Of a stretch of 64,000 nucleotides of DNA, positions 44,990-56,206 are shown piece by piece. Position numbers and translations under genes: made by a program. Position 1 is the first letter of the stretch; each line of letters starts with the position of its first letter. Under the pieces are notes generated by a model. That model searched no databases, was not told the origin of the DNA, and worked only from the letters and a program-made list of their open reading frames with translations. The stretch lies in the NCBI RefSeq assembly GCF_988243305.1, contig NZ_OZ547136.1; one strand, given 5' to 3'.

Positions 44990-46522
44990 TTATTCCTTCA
45001 CCTGATGCACAACATCGATCACCGAGCCATCGCGGTAACGCACAACGGCAACGACGCGGTCGGTGAATTCAATCGGCTGTGGTTCACCGGTCAGCAGACG
45101 CGCACGTTCACGCAGCCACTCAATAGAAACCACTTTGATCCCCGCTTCCTGCAGACGTTCTGCCAGTTCCGGACGTGCCGGGTTAACTGCGATACCGTGG
45201 TCTGTGACCAGAATATCGACACTGGAGCCCGGGGTGATGCAGGTCAGCACGTTATCCACCAGAGTCGGAATACGACCGCGTACCAGCGGTGCGACGATGA
45301 TGGAAAGTGCAGAGGCAATCGCGGTATCGCAGTGACCACCGGAAGCGCCACGCAGTACGCCGTCAGAGCCGGTCAGCACGTTAACGTTGAACTGGGTGTC
45401 AATTTCCAGCGCGCTCAGTACCACCACGTCGAGACGATCAACCGATGCGCCTTTTGAACCCCAGTTAGCGTACTGGTTGGCGCTGATTTCGATGTGATTG
45501 GGGTTACGGGCCAGCGATTGTGCAGCGTGGCTGTCAAAGCTCTGTACATCCAGCAGTTTGCGGATCAGACCTTTTTCGTGCAGATCAACCATCGTTGCAG
45601 TAATACCGCCAAGGGCGAAGTCGGCGCGAATATCGCGGCTACGCATTTTGTCTTCCAGGAAACGGGTTACTGCCAGCGATGCGCCACCGGTGCCGGTTTG
45701 CATGGAGAAACCTTCTTTGAAGTAGCCAGAGTTGACAATCACATCCGCAGCGCTACGGGCAATAAGCAGTTCGCGCGGGTTAGTGGTCATACGGGTCGCG
45801 CCAGCGCCGATTTTCGCGGCATCGCCAACGCGATCAACTTTGACGATCAGATCCACCTGATCTTGCTCAATGCTTGCCGGATTATGCGGATAAGGCAGCA
45901 GTTCTTCAGTGAGCATCACAACCTGTTTCGCGTTGTCGGCATCAACCATTGCATAGCCGAGGGAGCCGCAGCAGGCTTTACCGGTGTAGCCGTTGGCATT
46001 ACCGAATTCATCACAGGACGGGACGCCGAGGAAAGCCACGTCGATATTCAGTTCGCCGCTCTGTACCAGATGCACACGTCCGCCGTGAGAGTGGATTTGC
46101 ACCGGTTCCGCCAGCAGACCACGGGAGATCTCTTCCGCCAGCGGACCGCGCAGGCCGGAGGTATAAATGCGGGTAACCACGCCCTGGCGAATGTGTTCTA
46201 CCAGCGGCGCATGGCAATCACTCAGGGAGCTGGAGGCCAGAGTCAGGTTTTTAAAGCCCATTTTCGCGATGACGTCCATCACCATATTGACGGTCAGGTC
46301 ACCGCCACGGAAAGCGTGATGGAAGGAAACCGTCATACCGTCCTGTAAACCCGAGCGACGAATCGCTTCTTCCAGGTTGGCGCACAGTTTGCGATCGCGC
46401 GCTTTTTCAGCCTGGTAGGTTTGCTTTGGCGAGTTCTGGAAAGCGGCAAGATCGCATTCAGCGCGACGATTCCAGGCCGCTACCCGTTCTTGTCGTTGAG
46501 ATTGTTCAATTTTCTGCGTCAT
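44990..46522 (-). CDS. citF: Citrate lyase alpha subunit (citrate CoA-transferase)
   Basis: ORF 44990..46618; start MTQKIEQSQRQ (510 aa). Confidence 0.9.
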   Translation of the reverse strand: MTQKIEQSQRQERVAAWNRRAECDLAAFQNSPKQTYQAEKARDRKLCANLEEAIRRSGLQDGMTVSFHHAFRGGDLTVNMVMDVIAKMGFKNLTLASSSLSDCHAPLVEHIRQGVVTRIYTSGLRGPLAEEISRGLLAEPVQIHSHGGRVHLVQSGELNIDVAFLGVPSCDEFGNANGYTGKACCGSLGYAMVDADNAKQVVMLTEELLPYPHNPASIEQDQVDLIVKVDRVGDAAKIGAGATRMTTNPRELLIARSAADVIVNSGYFKEGFSMQTGTGGASLAVTRFLEDKMRSRDIRADFALGGITATMVDLHEKGLIRKLLDVQSFDSHAAQSLARNPNHIEISANQYANWGSKGASVDRLDVVVLSALEIDTQFNVNVLTGSDGVLRGASGGHCDTAIASALSIIVAPLVRGRIPTLVDNVLTCITPGSSVDILVTDHGIAVNPARPELAERLQEAGIKVVSIEWLRERARLLTGEPQPIEFTDRVVAVVRYRDGSVIDVVHQVKE

Positions 46523-46532
46523 TTTGATTGCC

Positions 46533-47441
46533 TTATTCTTCGCGGATGCCGGAAAGTTCTGCGCGGGAGAGCACCAGACGGGCGCGATCGATAACCGGAC
46601 CGTCCACCATCTTGCCATTCAGGGAAACCACGCCGAGGCCTTCGCGAGCGGCGGCTTCAGCGGCTTCTACGACGCGGCGGGCGTGATCCACTTCTTTCTG
46701 GGTCGGTGCGTAGAGGTTGTGCAGCAGATCAATCTGACGCGGGTTGATCAGCGATTTGCCGTCAAAGCCCAGCTGTTTGATGTGGGCGGCTTCTTGCAGG
46801 AATCCGGCTTCGTTGTTAGCGTCGGAATAGACGGTATCGAACGCCTGAATGCCCGCAGAGCGCGCGGCCTGCAAAATGGAACAGCGTGCGAACAGCAGTT
46901 CAGTTCCTTCCGGGGAGCGTTCTGTACGCAGGTTGCGCACATAGTCTTCTGCACCGAGGGCGATACCGATCAAACGCTCGGAAGCGTGAGCGATTTCCAC
47001 TGCGCGGGTAATCCCCAGCGGAGATTCAATCGCCGCCAGCAGGCCGGTGCTGCCGGGTTCACGACCACAGGCTTTTTCGATACGCAGGATCTCTTTTTCG
47101 ATATCCAGAACATCCTGAGCGGTATCGGTTTTCGGCAGACGCACAACGTCCGCACCACCGCGAACGACGGCTTCCAGGTCGTTAACACCCCATTCGGAAT
47201 CCAGCGCGTTTACACGCACAATGGTTTCAATATCGCGATACAGCGGATGTTGCAGCGCGTGGTAAACCATGCGACGGGCGGTGTCTTTTTCACGTAATGC
47301 CACGGAGTCTTCGAGGTCAAACATCAGGGCATCAGCCGGGTAGATGAAGGAGTTGCTGACCATCGCGGCATTGGCACCAGGCACAAACAACATGCTGCGG
47401 CGGGTGCGAGTTTTACGTTGTTGCAGCGAAGCGGAAATCAT
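46533..47441 (-). CDS. citE: Citrate lyase beta subunit (citryl-CoA lyase)
   Basis: ORF 46533..47456; start [10 protein letters not shown] (302 aa); HpcH/HpaI aldolase fold. Confidence 0.9.
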
Positions 47442-47734
47442 TGGCAATCCTCCCATGGCAGAGCCGGGATACCGCTGGCGCGTGCCAGCAGGGCTTCCAG
47501 TCGTGCACGTAAAATGCAGTCCAGTGCGCCTTTGTCATCGACATTCAGCTGTACGCCGCGCACGTTGTAGCGGGCGAGAACGTCCAGAATGGTGGTGCGA
47601 ATGGCATCGCCAAACTGTTTCTCAACGCTGCTGTTGATTTGCAGGTCGATATCCTGCGTATCGAGTGGGGCGATGCGTATCATCACATCCCCAGACTCAA
47701 GGGTGCCTGCAACGGCGGGCTGGTTTATTTTCAT
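47438..47734 (-). CDS. citD: Citrate lyase acyl carrier protein (gamma subunit)
   Basis: 98 aa; 4-bp overlap with citE. Confidence 0.9.
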
Positions 47735-47748
47735 TTTTCACCTGTTTC

Positions 47749-48807
47749 TCATGCGGGGGTCTTTTGACGAGCTGCCGCGTCCTGGCGGGAGTGCTCAAGC
47801 AGGTTCTGCAAATAATGCAGCGTGACTGCAGGGACCAGCGGCGCGATAGCCGTGAGATCGTTTTTCGCCAGCAGTTGACGTACCCGGGAAGCGGATATCG
47901 GCATCTCCTGGTAACGCAGCCGCTCAATTTCAACCAGTTCGATGGGCGGTGCGGAGATAGTCGGCGTTTCCAGCCAGTAGCGCATATCCTGGTTGTACTG
48001 GGCGGTAACGCGACAAAAGGGTTCAGTACCGACAAAGCGGTGAGTTACACCCAGCGCGGGAGCGAGGTACTGACGGAAAATCTTCAGATCAATTTCGGTG
48101 TAACAATGGTTAATGACGCTCTGTTCTTTAATGAAGTAGCAAGGGAACGTAGCGCGGGAGATGATGTATTCGGAGCCGCGATGCACAGTCAGGCGTGGAA
48201 TATCGGCGGTGCCTTTTAACACCAGATCCAGCCGGTCTTCATAGGGAAAGCGTGAAGAATCTTCTTTAACTAAAAACAGATGCAACCAGTCGCACTGTGC
48301 TGCAGCCTGTTGAATCAGATAACGGTGACCATTCGTAAAGGGATTGGCGTTCATCACAATGCAGCCAATCTTGTTCCCTGGATGACGAAATTTTTTCAGC
48401 GATTCGGCATAGCGTTTCAGTCGCGTGGCGCTGTTTTCCATCAGCACCATCACGCCGGGTACACTGGTCAGCGTGGAAAAACCGCACTGGCGGAACAGCG
48501 CCTCGTATTCGGTTTTGGTATAAATAAACAGATGCGTGCTGTGCCACTCATAGGCGAGGTTAATTAGCTCGGTGGCTAATGTCAGCGCCAGTCCTTCACC
48601 GCGAACGGATTCACTGATAGCAACGCATTTAATAATATTTCCGGCAATTCCACCGCACGCGATAAGCTTTTCATCGCGGGTTACGGTAATAAATACTTCG
48701 ACTGTGGTGTCAACGCTCAAATCATTTTCATGCAGGAATTGGGCGATTTCCGCCATTTTTTTATTTTCTGAACGTTTTACACGGGTGAAAATATCATTGC
48801 CGAACAT
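47749..48807 (-). CDS. citC: [Citrate (pro-3S)-lyase] ligase
   Basis: ORF 47749..48894; start MFGNDIFTRVKRSE (352 aa). Confidence 0.9.
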   Translation of the reverse strand: MFGNDIFTRVKRSENKKMAEIAQFLHENDLSVDTTVEVFITVTRDEKLIACGGIAGNIIKCVAISESVRGEGLALTLATELINLAYEWHSTHLFIYTKTEYEALFRQCGFSTLTSVPGVMVLMENSATRLKRYAESLKKFRHPGNKIGCIVMNANPFTNGHRYLIQQAAAQCDWLHLFLVKEDSSRFPYEDRLDLVLKGTADIPRLTVHRGSEYIISRATFPCYFIKEQSVINHCYTEIDLKIFRQYLAPALGVTHRFVGTEPFCRVTAQYNQDMRYWLETPTISAPPIELVEIERLRYQEMPISASRVRQLLAKNDLTAIAPLVPAVTLHYLQNLLEHSRQDAAARQKTPA

Positions 48808-49186
48808 AATAAATAGTATCCTGAAGGTGCATGTTGTTATCGATTTGCAACGAATGTTGTTCGATGTTGCAAACTGATAACCTTTTATTTTCACTTGGGA
48901 GAAAGGGGGGCGATCGAGGTATATCTTTTTCTCCTTTCGCTATACATCCTAAGGAGTATTGCAGCGTGAAATTTTGATTTATTTCACATAGAGTTAGTGG
49001 TTTTTTATTTATTTAATGGTTTTAAGTTTTTTAATTAATGTAATTACGAAATGACCCGCAGGTTTAAGTGATTTAATTGATTTAATGAATAAAATTTGCC
49101 ACGATTATATTTAATATCTATGTATTTTGATTCAACATTTTAATTACATCCGTCAAAGAGGCTCGGGACAACCCGCAAGGAAAACA
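48808..49186. promoter_or_regulatory. AT-rich divergent citC / citAB control region
   Basis: Long AT-rich spacer with reiterated ttaat/atttaa blocks between divergent operons; DpiA/CRP control is from established knowledge and sites were not mapped. Confidence 0.4.
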
Positions 49187-50845
49187 ATGTTGCAGCTTAA
49201 CGAGAATAAACAGTTTGCATTTTTCCAAAGACTGGCATTTCCGCTGCGTATCTTTTTGCTGATTCTGGTGTTCTCAATATTTGTCATTGCAGCCCTGGCG
49301 CAATATTTTACGGCCAGTTTTGAGGACTATTTAACGCTTCATGTGCGCGACATGGCAATGAATCAGGCAAAAATTATTGCTTCTAATGACAGTATCATCA
49401 GCGCAGTGAAAACGCGTGACTACAAGAGGCTGGCGACCATCGCTAACAAATTACAAAGAGATACTGATTTCGATTATGTGGTGATTGGCGATCGGCACTC
49501 GATTCGTCTTTACCATCCTAATCCGGAGAAAATTGGTTATCCTATGCAGTTCACCAAACCGGGCGCGCTGGAGAATGGGGAGAGCTACTTCATCACCGGG
49601 AAAGGGTCAATTGGCATGGCGATGCGTGCCAAAACGCCAATCTTTGATGACGATGGAAAAGTCATCGGCGTGGTGTCGATTGGCTACCTGGTGAGTAAAA
49701 TCGATAGCTGGCGGGCTGAGTTTTTATTACCGATGGCTGGCGTGTTTGTCGTGCTGTTAGGGATTCTGATGTTGCTATCGTGGTTCCTGGCCGCGCATAT
49801 CCGTCGGCAGATGATGGGCATGGAGCCAAAGCAAATCGCACGCGTGGTCCGTCAGCAAGAGGCGCTGTTTAGTTCGGTTTATGAAGGGCTCATTGCGGTG
49901 GATCCGCATGGTTACATTACCGCCATCAATCGTAACGCAAGAAAGATGCTGGGTCTGAGTTCCCCCGGACGGCAATGGTTGGGTAAACCCATTGCTGAAG
50001 TGGTCAGGCCCGCCGATTTCTTTACCGAACAGATTGATGAAAAACGTCAGGATGTGGTGGCGAACTTTAACGGTCTGAGCGTTATTGCCAACCGGGAAGC
50101 TATTCGTTCAGGTGATGATTTGCTGGGGGCCATTATCAGCTTTCGTAGTAAAGACGAAATATCCACCCTCAATGCGCAACTGACGCAAATTAAACAATAC
50201 GTCGAGAGCCTGCGCACATTGCGACACGAGCATCTCAATTGGATGTCGACGCTCAATGGTCTGTTGCAGATGAAAGAGTATGATCGCGTGTTGGCGATGG
50301 TGCAGGGGGAGTCTCAGGCCCAGCAACAGCTTATTGATAGCCTGCGCGAGGCGTTTGCCGATCGCCAGGTGGCGGGGCTGCTTTTTGGTAAAGTGCAGCG
50401 CGCCCGCGAACTGGGGCTAAAAATGGTCATCGTCCCCGGAAGTCAGCTTTCGCAACTGCCGCCAGGACTGGACAGCACCGAGTTTGCAGCCATTGTTGGC
50501 AATTTACTTGATAACGCCTTCGAAGCCAGCCTGCGTAGCGATGAAGGAAACAAGATCGTTGAATTATTCCTCAGCGATGAAGGCGATGATGTGGTGATTG
50601 AAGTCGCCGATCAGGGCTGCGGCGTTCCAGAGTCTCTACGAGACAAAATATTTGAGCAGGGTGTCAGTACGCGTGCTGACGAGCCCGGCGAACATGGCAT
50701 TGGGTTGTACTTGATTGCCAGCTACGTAACGCGCTGCGGTGGTGTTATCACTCTCGAAGATAATGATCCCTGCGGTACCTTATTTTCAATCTATATTCCG
50801 AAAGTGAAACCTAATGACAGCTCCATTAACCCTATTGATCGTTGA
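49187..50845 (+). CDS. dpiB: Citrate-sensing histidine kinase
   Basis: ORF 49127..50845; start MLQLNENKQF (552 aa); two TM helices flanking a periplasmic domain; phospho-His region RTLRHEHLNWMSTL; ATPase G-box DQGCGV. Confidence 0.9.
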   Translation: MLQLNENKQFAFFQRLAFPLRIFLLILVFSIFVIAALAQYFTASFEDYLTLHVRDMAMNQAKIIASNDSIISAVKTRDYKRLATIANKLQRDTDFDYVVIGDRHSIRLYHPNPEKIGYPMQFTKPGALENGESYFITGKGSIGMAMRAKTPIFDDDGKVIGVVSIGYLVSKIDSWRAEFLLPMAGVFVVLLGILMLLSWFLAAHIRRQMMGMEPKQIARVVRQQEALFSSVYEGLIAVDPHGYITAINRNARKMLGLSSPGRQWLGKPIAEVVRPADFFTEQIDEKRQDVVANFNGLSVIANREAIRSGDDLLGAIISFRSKDEISTLNAQLTQIKQYVESLRTLRHEHLNWMSTLNGLLQMKEYDRVLAMVQGESQAQQQLIDSLREAFADRQVAGLLFGKVQRARELGLKMVIVPGSQLSQLPPGLDSTEFAAIVGNLLDNAFEASLRSDEGNKIVELFLSDEGDDVVIEVADQGCGVPESLRDKIFEQGVSTRADEPGEHGIGLYLIASYVTRCGGVITLEDNDPCGTLFSIYIPKVKPNDSSINPIDR

Positions 50846-51494
50846 GGACGAAACGCCGCTGGCAGAGATGCATGCGGAATATATTCGTCACATTCCCGGA
50901 TTCAGTCAGATATTACTGGCGGGAAACCTGGCGCAGGCCCGAATGATGATCGAGCGTTTTAAGCCGGGGCTAATCTTGCTTGATAACTATCTTCCTGACG
51001 GTAGAGGGATTAATTTACTGCATGAACTGGTGCAGGCGCATTATCCCGGCGACGTGGTGTTTACCACTGCAGCCAGCGATATGGAAACGGTGTCTGAAGC
51101 CGTACGTTGTGGTGTATTTGATTATCTCATTAAGCCAATTGCCTATGAACGGCTGGGGCAAACGCTAACCCGTTTCCGCCAGCGTAAACATATGCTGGAA
51201 AGTATTGATAGCGCCAGCCAGAAGCAAATTGATGAGATGTTTAATGCCTATGCTCGCGGTGAACCCAAAGACGAACTGCCGACCGGCATTGACCCCTTGA
51301 CGCTAAACGCGGTGCGAAAACTGTTTAAAGAGCCTAGTGTGCAACATACGGCAGAAACGGTGGCGCAGGCACTGACTATCAGCCGCACCACTGCCAGACG
51401 TTATCTTGAATATTGCGCCAGCCGCCATCTGATTATTGCTGAAATTGTTCACGGCAAAGTTGGCAGACCGCAACGCATATACCACAGTGGGTGA
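50814..51494 (+). CDS. dpiA: Response regulator (CitB family)
   Basis: 226 aa; receiver domain (LLIVEDE ... LLDNYLPDG) plus C-terminal HTH; 32-bp overlap with dpiB. Confidence 0.9.
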   Translation: MTAPLTLLIVEDETPLAEMHAEYIRHIPGFSQILLAGNLAQARMMIERFKPGLILLDNYLPDGRGINLLHELVQAHYPGDVVFTTAASDMETVSEAVRCGVFDYLIKPIAYERLGQTLTRFRQRKHMLESIDSASQKQIDEMFNAYARGEPKDELPTGIDPLTLNAVRKLFKEPSVQHTAETVAQALTISRTTARRYLEYCASRHLIIAEIVHGKVGRPQRIYHSG

Positions 51495-51503
51495 CATGAT
51501 AAA

Positions 51504-51526
51504 GCCGGAGGAAACTTGCCTCCGGC
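51504..51526. terminator. Hairpin between convergent dpiA and dcuC (possible bidirectional terminator)
   Basis: gccggagg aaacttg cctccggc stem-loop; no strong U tract on either side. Confidence 0.35.
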
Positions 51527-51534
51527 ATGACTAT

Positions 51535-52920
51535 TTACTTGCCTGTGACCGCGGCTGCCGTTCCTGGCACCATCAGCTCTGTAGCAACGATAACAATCAC
51601 CAGCCCAACAAGCACCGGCACCGAGGTGCGTTTTACGACTTCAAATGGTGAGATTTTCGCCATCCCGGCAACCGCAACGACTACGCCAGAAACGGGTGAC
51701 AGGGTACGGCCGAGGTTTGACGCCTGCAGCATTGGGATAGTCAAATACGCCGGGTTAATGCCGGAAGAGTGCGCCAGTTTCGGGATCATCTCAACAAACG
51801 CATAAAACGGCGCATTGCCTGAACCGGTCGTGACTGCCGCCAGCATTGTCAGGATCACTAATACCAGCATCAGGATGATACTCGCCGAACCAAACGAGGT
51901 GGCGATAGAAATCAGACTTTGAATAAAGCCGATGGTGCTAAGCCCCTGAGCGAATACCCCAGCGGCAACCAGCAGCATCACCACGTTAGCAAACGCATCG
52001 GCCATCCCGCGATAAGCCACTTCCAGACCAGAGAAAACTTTCTGGGTATTAAAGCTGCGGATGAACTCCAGAATGGAGGCAATCAGCATACAAATCACCA
52101 GAATAGTGATGATGTGTAATTGCGGACCCCATTTGCCGTCAAAAATCAGCACTCCGATGATCGGCGTGAACGGCAAAATGGCATAAAACGCAGGAGCAGT
52201 GGTGGTGATTTCACTGACATCTAACATTTCATGAGAGATGTGCTCTTTTTTATCCAGATAACGTTGCCAGAAGAAGTGGGCGATCGCCATGCCGATAATT
52301 GCAGCAATTGAGATAGGCAGCGTCGTTTTGAAGGCGAAGTCAATCAGCGACATTTCGGAAGCCTGCGCCGCCAGCACCACATCCCCTGAAGTCGGTGCGA
52401 GAATAATCGCCGCCGGGGAGGCACAAATAGCAGCAGCTGCACCACGGCTGATACCAACGTTTACCATCACCGGAAACAGGGTTGCCATCAGCAAAACACC
52501 CAGACCGGTCGCGGAAGAGACGGCCAGAGACATCAGACAGGCGACAAAATAGGCGGCAATCATCAGCAGGTAAGGGGAGTTAATATACTGCAATGGTTTT
52601 GACGCCAGCTTGACCACCATATCATTAGCGCCGATATGGGTCATGTAAGCGGCAAAGCCACACAGCATCATAATCATCATGCCGAGGTCGCCGCCGCGGC
52701 TCATTAGCAATATTTTAACGTATTCAACGATATCCGTGGCGCTGTAGCCTGTTGAAGCCTGGCTGGACGGTAACACTTTGTGCCCCATAATGGCACTGAT
52801 AATCAACAATAACAGGCCACCGACAAATAACACGCCAGTGGCGGAATACCCTTTAATGATGTAGCGAGCTACACCCACAATAACCACAACCCCAATAAGG
52901 AGTTCAATGAATGTCAGCAT
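51535..52920 (-). CDS. dcuC: Anaerobic C4-dicarboxylate transporter
   Basis: 461-aa polytopic membrane protein. Confidence 0.9.
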   Translation of the reverse strand: MLTFIELLIGVVVIVGVARYIIKGYSATGVLFVGGLLLLIISAIMGHKVLPSSQASTGYSATDIVEYVKILLMSRGGDLGMMIMMLCGFAAYMTHIGANDMVVKLASKPLQYINSPYLLMIAAYFVACLMSLAVSSATGLGVLLMATLFPVMVNVGISRGAAAAICASPAAIILAPTSGDVVLAAQASEMSLIDFAFKTTLPISIAAIIGMAIAHFFWQRYLDKKEHISHEMLDVSEITTTAPAFYAILPFTPIIGVLIFDGKWGPQLHIITILVICMLIASILEFIRSFNTQKVFSGLEVAYRGMADAFANVVMLLVAAGVFAQGLSTIGFIQSLISIATSFGSASIILMLVLVILTMLAAVTTGSGNAPFYAFVEMIPKLAHSSGINPAYLTIPMLQASNLGRTLSPVSGVVVAVAGMAKISPFEVVKRTSVPVLVGLVIVIVATELMVPGTAAAVTGK

Positions 52921-53508
52921 AATTTTCCCTGTCTCCAGGCCCCAAAGTAAATAATAAAAAATTCCTAAAGCTTAAGGAAAAAATATGCCCAATAAATTGG
53001 CGATGAATGCTGATTAAAATCAAGAAAAACTGCCATTAAGACATTGAATTTGCTGTTTTTATACATAGATAACAAAACGCATATTTAGCGGTTGGCAATT
53101 ATCACATAATAATGTGTGTAAATTGATGGTGGATTGATGCAAATTTGTTAATTGCAATGGTGTTAGTTGCGGCTGTGCGCTCAAAAAATAATCTAACATG
53201 AGCATGGGTTGACGATATATAATATATTTTTCGTTAAGGAATTTTTTGTATCTTATTAAAAAATAAAGTAATTTTTTCTTGATTGCATTTTGTTATCAAA
53301 AAAGACTTGGTTTTTCTTTTTTGACTATTCCCATCGCAGAAAACGACGCATCATCTTTAATCGATGCGCGGAAATATTTAACTTAAACAAGCGGAAATAA
53401 ATAGAGCAGCTATTCAGATTATTCTTTATGTTGGGGCTATTAAGGTTATGTTAATTGTAGCTTTGCTATGCTAGTAGTAGATTTTTGATAAATGTTTTAT
53501 GGTCACAA

Positions 53509-54069
53509 ATGAACGTGAGTAAATATGTCGCTATCTTTTCCTTTGTTTTTATTCAGTTAATCAGCGTTGGTAAAGTTTTTGCTAACGCAGATGAGTGGAT
53601 GACAACGTTTGGAGAAAATATTGCACAAACCTGGCAACAGCCTGAACATTATGATTTATATATTCCTGCCATCACCTGGCATGCACGTTTCGCTTACGAC
53701 AAAGAAAAAACCGATCGCTATAACGAGCGACCGTGGGGTGGCGGTTTTGGTCAGTCGCGATGGGATGAAAAAGGAAACTGGCATGGCCTGTATGCCATGG
53801 CATTTAAGGACTCGTGGAACAAATGGGAACCGATTGCCGGATACGGATGGGAAAGTACCTGGCGACCGCTGGCAGATGAAAATTTTCATTTAGGACTGGG
53901 ATTCACCGCTGGCGTAACGGCACGCGATAACTGGAATTACATCCCTCTCCCGGTTCTACTGCCATTGGCCTCTGTGGGTTATGGTCCAGTGACTTTTCAG
54001 ATGACCTACATTCCGGGTACCTATAACAATGGCAATGTGTACTTTGCCTGGATGCGCTTTCAGTTTTGA
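53509..54069 (+). CDS. pagP: Lipid A palmitoyltransferase (outer-membrane beta-barrel)
   Basis: ORF 53485..54069; start [25 protein letters not shown] (signal peptide), 186 aa; C-terminal ...WMRFQF. Confidence 0.9.
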   Translation: MNVSKYVAIFSFVFIQLISVGKVFANADEWMTTFGENIAQTWQQPEHYDLYIPAITWHARFAYDKEKTDRYNERPWGGGFGQSRWDEKGNWHGLYAMAFKDSWNKWEPIAGYGWESTWRPLADENFHLGLGFTAGVTARDNWNYIPLPVLLPLASVGYGPVTFQMTYIPGTYNNGNVYFAWMRFQF

Positions 54070-54243
54070 GACAAATGAAATTTTAGTAAACTCTTTAAAA
54101 TCAATGAGTAAAATAATTAACATCAAAAATAACGCGACTTTTATCACTTTTTAGTAAAGTTGCACTGGACAAAGCGTACCACAATTGGTGTACTGGTAAC
54201 CGACACAGCATTTGTGTCTATTTTTCATGTAAAGGTAATTTTG

Positions 54244-54453
54244 ATGTCTAAGATTAAAGGTAACGTTAAGTGGTTTAATGAGTCCAAAGGATTCGGTTTC
54301 ATTACTCCGGAAGACGGCAGCAAAGACGTGTTCGTACACTTCTCTGCAATCCAGACTAATGGTTTTAAAACTCTTGCTGAAGGTCAGCGCGTAGAGTTCG
54401 AAATCACTAACGGTGCCAAAGGCCCTTCTGCTGCAAACGTAATCGCTCTGTAA
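54244..54453 (+). CDS. cspE: Cold-shock domain protein
   Basis: 69 aa from [12 protein letters not shown]; RNP motifs KGFGFI and VFVHF. Confidence 0.9.
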
Positions 54454-54471
54454 GATACGTCAGCAAGAATT

Positions 54472-54501
54472 CAAAACCCGCTTAATCAGCGGGTTTTTTT
54501 T
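54472..54501. terminator. Bidirectional intrinsic terminator between cspE and crcB
   Basis: aaaacccgc ttaatca gcgggtttttttt. Confidence 0.7.
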
Positions 54502-54506
54502 GGTCT

Positions 54507-54890
54507 TTAGTGTGCGGTTGAGGCGGAAAACAGCCAGAAAGCCAGTGCGGTCATGGCAAAAGACCCCAAAAGGTTGACGAAAACGTTCAGTAACGCCCAG
54601 CCAAAGCGGCCCTCTTGTAACAAAAACACCACTTCTGCCGAAAATGTTGAGAAGGTTGTTAGACCGCCACAAAATCCGGTGGTGATTAATACTTTCCACA
54701 CTGGATCAATGTTCGTCATCCTGCTAAACCAGGCGAATCCCATTCCTATGATGAATGCCCCAATCAGGTTTGCAGCCAGCGTCCCCAACGGAATCGCTTG
54801 ATGCAGCGGGTTAAATCGCATACTTAACAGCCATCTCGCCACGCTTCCCGTACCACCGCCAATAAAAACTGCTAAAAGAAGTTGTAACAC
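54507..54890 (-). CDS. crcB: Fluoride ion channel (CrcB/Fluc)
   Basis: 127 aa, four TM helices. Confidence 0.9.
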
Positions 54891-54985
54891 TGCAAAATCC
54901 TGCTATTTGATTTGTATGAGTGATAAGTGTAACGCCGAATAATCGCCGTTGGCGAATTTTACGACTCTGACAGGAGGAGGTGGCA

Positions 54986-55774
54986 ATGCTGGTTGCCGCA
55001 GGACAGTTTGCTGTTACATCTGTGTGGGAAAAGAACGCTGAGATTTGTGCCTCGTTGATGGCGCAGGCGGCGGAAAACGACGTATCGCTGTTTGTCCTGC
55101 CGGAAGCATTGCTGGCGCGCGATGATCATGATGCAGATCTATCGGTTAAATCAGCACAGCTGCTGGAAGGCGAATTCCTCGGACGTTTACGGCGAGAAAG
55201 TAAACGTAACATGATGACGACAATTCTGACGATTCATGTTCCTTCAACGCCGGGGCGCGCATGGAATATGCTGGTGGCGCTACAGGCAGGAAACATCGTC
55301 GCCCGTTATGCCAAACTGCATCTCTATGATGCATTTGCCATTCAGGAATCACGCCATGTTGATGCTGGTAATGAAATAGCTCCGTTACTGGAGGTGGAAG
55401 GGATGAAGGTCGGTCTGATGACCTGTTATGACTTACGCTTTCCAGAGCTGGCGCTGGCACAGGCATTACAGGGAGCTGAAATCCTGGTACTTCCTGCCGC
55501 CTGGGTTCGCGGGCCGCTCAAAGAGCATCACTGGTCAACGTTGCTTGCCGCTCGTGCGCTGGATACCACCTGTTATATGGTGGCGGCGGGGGAGTGCGGG
55601 AACAAAAATATCGGGCAAAGCCGGATTATAGATCCCTTTGGCGTCACCATTGCGGCAGCGTCAGAAATGCCTGCACTCATTATGGCGGAAGTGACGCCCG
55701 AACGTGTGCGTCAGGTGCGCGCGCAACTGCCCGTCTTAAACAACCGTCGCTTTGCGCCGCCGCAATTATTATGA
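54986..55774 (+). CDS. ybeM: Nitrilase-superfamily C-N hydrolase (Nit1-like amidase), apparently intact
   Basis: Uninterrupted 262-codon frame (ORF track starts at GTG 54980); GGAGG RBS upstream; catalytic-Cys region [12 protein letters not shown]; conserved Glu and Lys regions present. Confidence 0.8.
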   Translation: MLVAAGQFAVTSVWEKNAEICASLMAQAAENDVSLFVLPEALLARDDHDADLSVKSAQLLEGEFLGRLRRESKRNMMTTILTIHVPSTPGRAWNMLVALQAGNIVARYAKLHLYDAFAIQESRHVDAGNEIAPLLEVEGMKVGLMTCYDLRFPELALAQALQGAEILVLPAAWVRGPLKEHHWSTLLAARALDTTCYMVAAGECGNKNIGQSRIIDPFGVTIAAASEMPALIMAEVTPERVRQVRAQLPVLNNRRFAPPQLL

Positions 55775-55902
55775 TGTTTTTTTACTCGGCGCTTGATTCA
55801 CCTTGTTACAGATTGCTATTGTGTGCGCGCGTCGAATGACCGTTAATATTCTCTGGTTTTTAAGGCGCGTTCTGTTGCCGGTTATATGTCAAGAAGGTAT
55901 CT

Positions 55903-56106
55903 ATGGGTGAGATTAGTATTACCAAACTGCTGGTAGTTGCGGCGCTGGTCGTTCTGCTGTTTGGGACTAAGAAGTTACGTACGCTGGGCGGAGACCTTGG
56001 AGCGGCCATTAAAGGGTTCAAGAAGGCGATGAATGATGACGATGCTGCGGCGAAAAAAGGCGCAGACGTTGATCTTCAGGCTGAAAAGCTCTCTCATAAA
56101 GAGTGA
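55903..56106 (+). CDS. tatE: Twin-arginine translocase subunit (TatA paralogue)
   Basis: 67 aa; N-terminal TM helix and FGTKKLR motif. Confidence 0.9.
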   Translation: MGEISITKLLVVAALVVLLFGTKKLRTLGGDLGAAIKGFKKAMNDDDAAAKKGADVDLQAEKLSHKE

Positions 56107-56146
56107 CGTGGCGAGCAGGACGCTCCCTCAATATCTTGTTCGATAC

Positions 56147-56177
56147 AAAAAACCCGCTTCAAAAAGCGGGTTTTTTA
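56147..56177. terminator. Bidirectional intrinsic terminator between tatE and lipA
   Basis: aaaaaacccgcttcaaaaagcgggtttttt. Confidence 0.7.
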
Positions 56178-56206
56178 TCAGACAGATGTAAGTAATTATT
56201 ACAGGA

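Noticed and set aside
54891-54979. Possible fluoride riboswitch in the crcB 5' leader
   Set aside because: I could not recognise the conserved crcB-motif core or pseudoknot in the 89-nt leader, and I do not recall E. coli crcB having one; not called.
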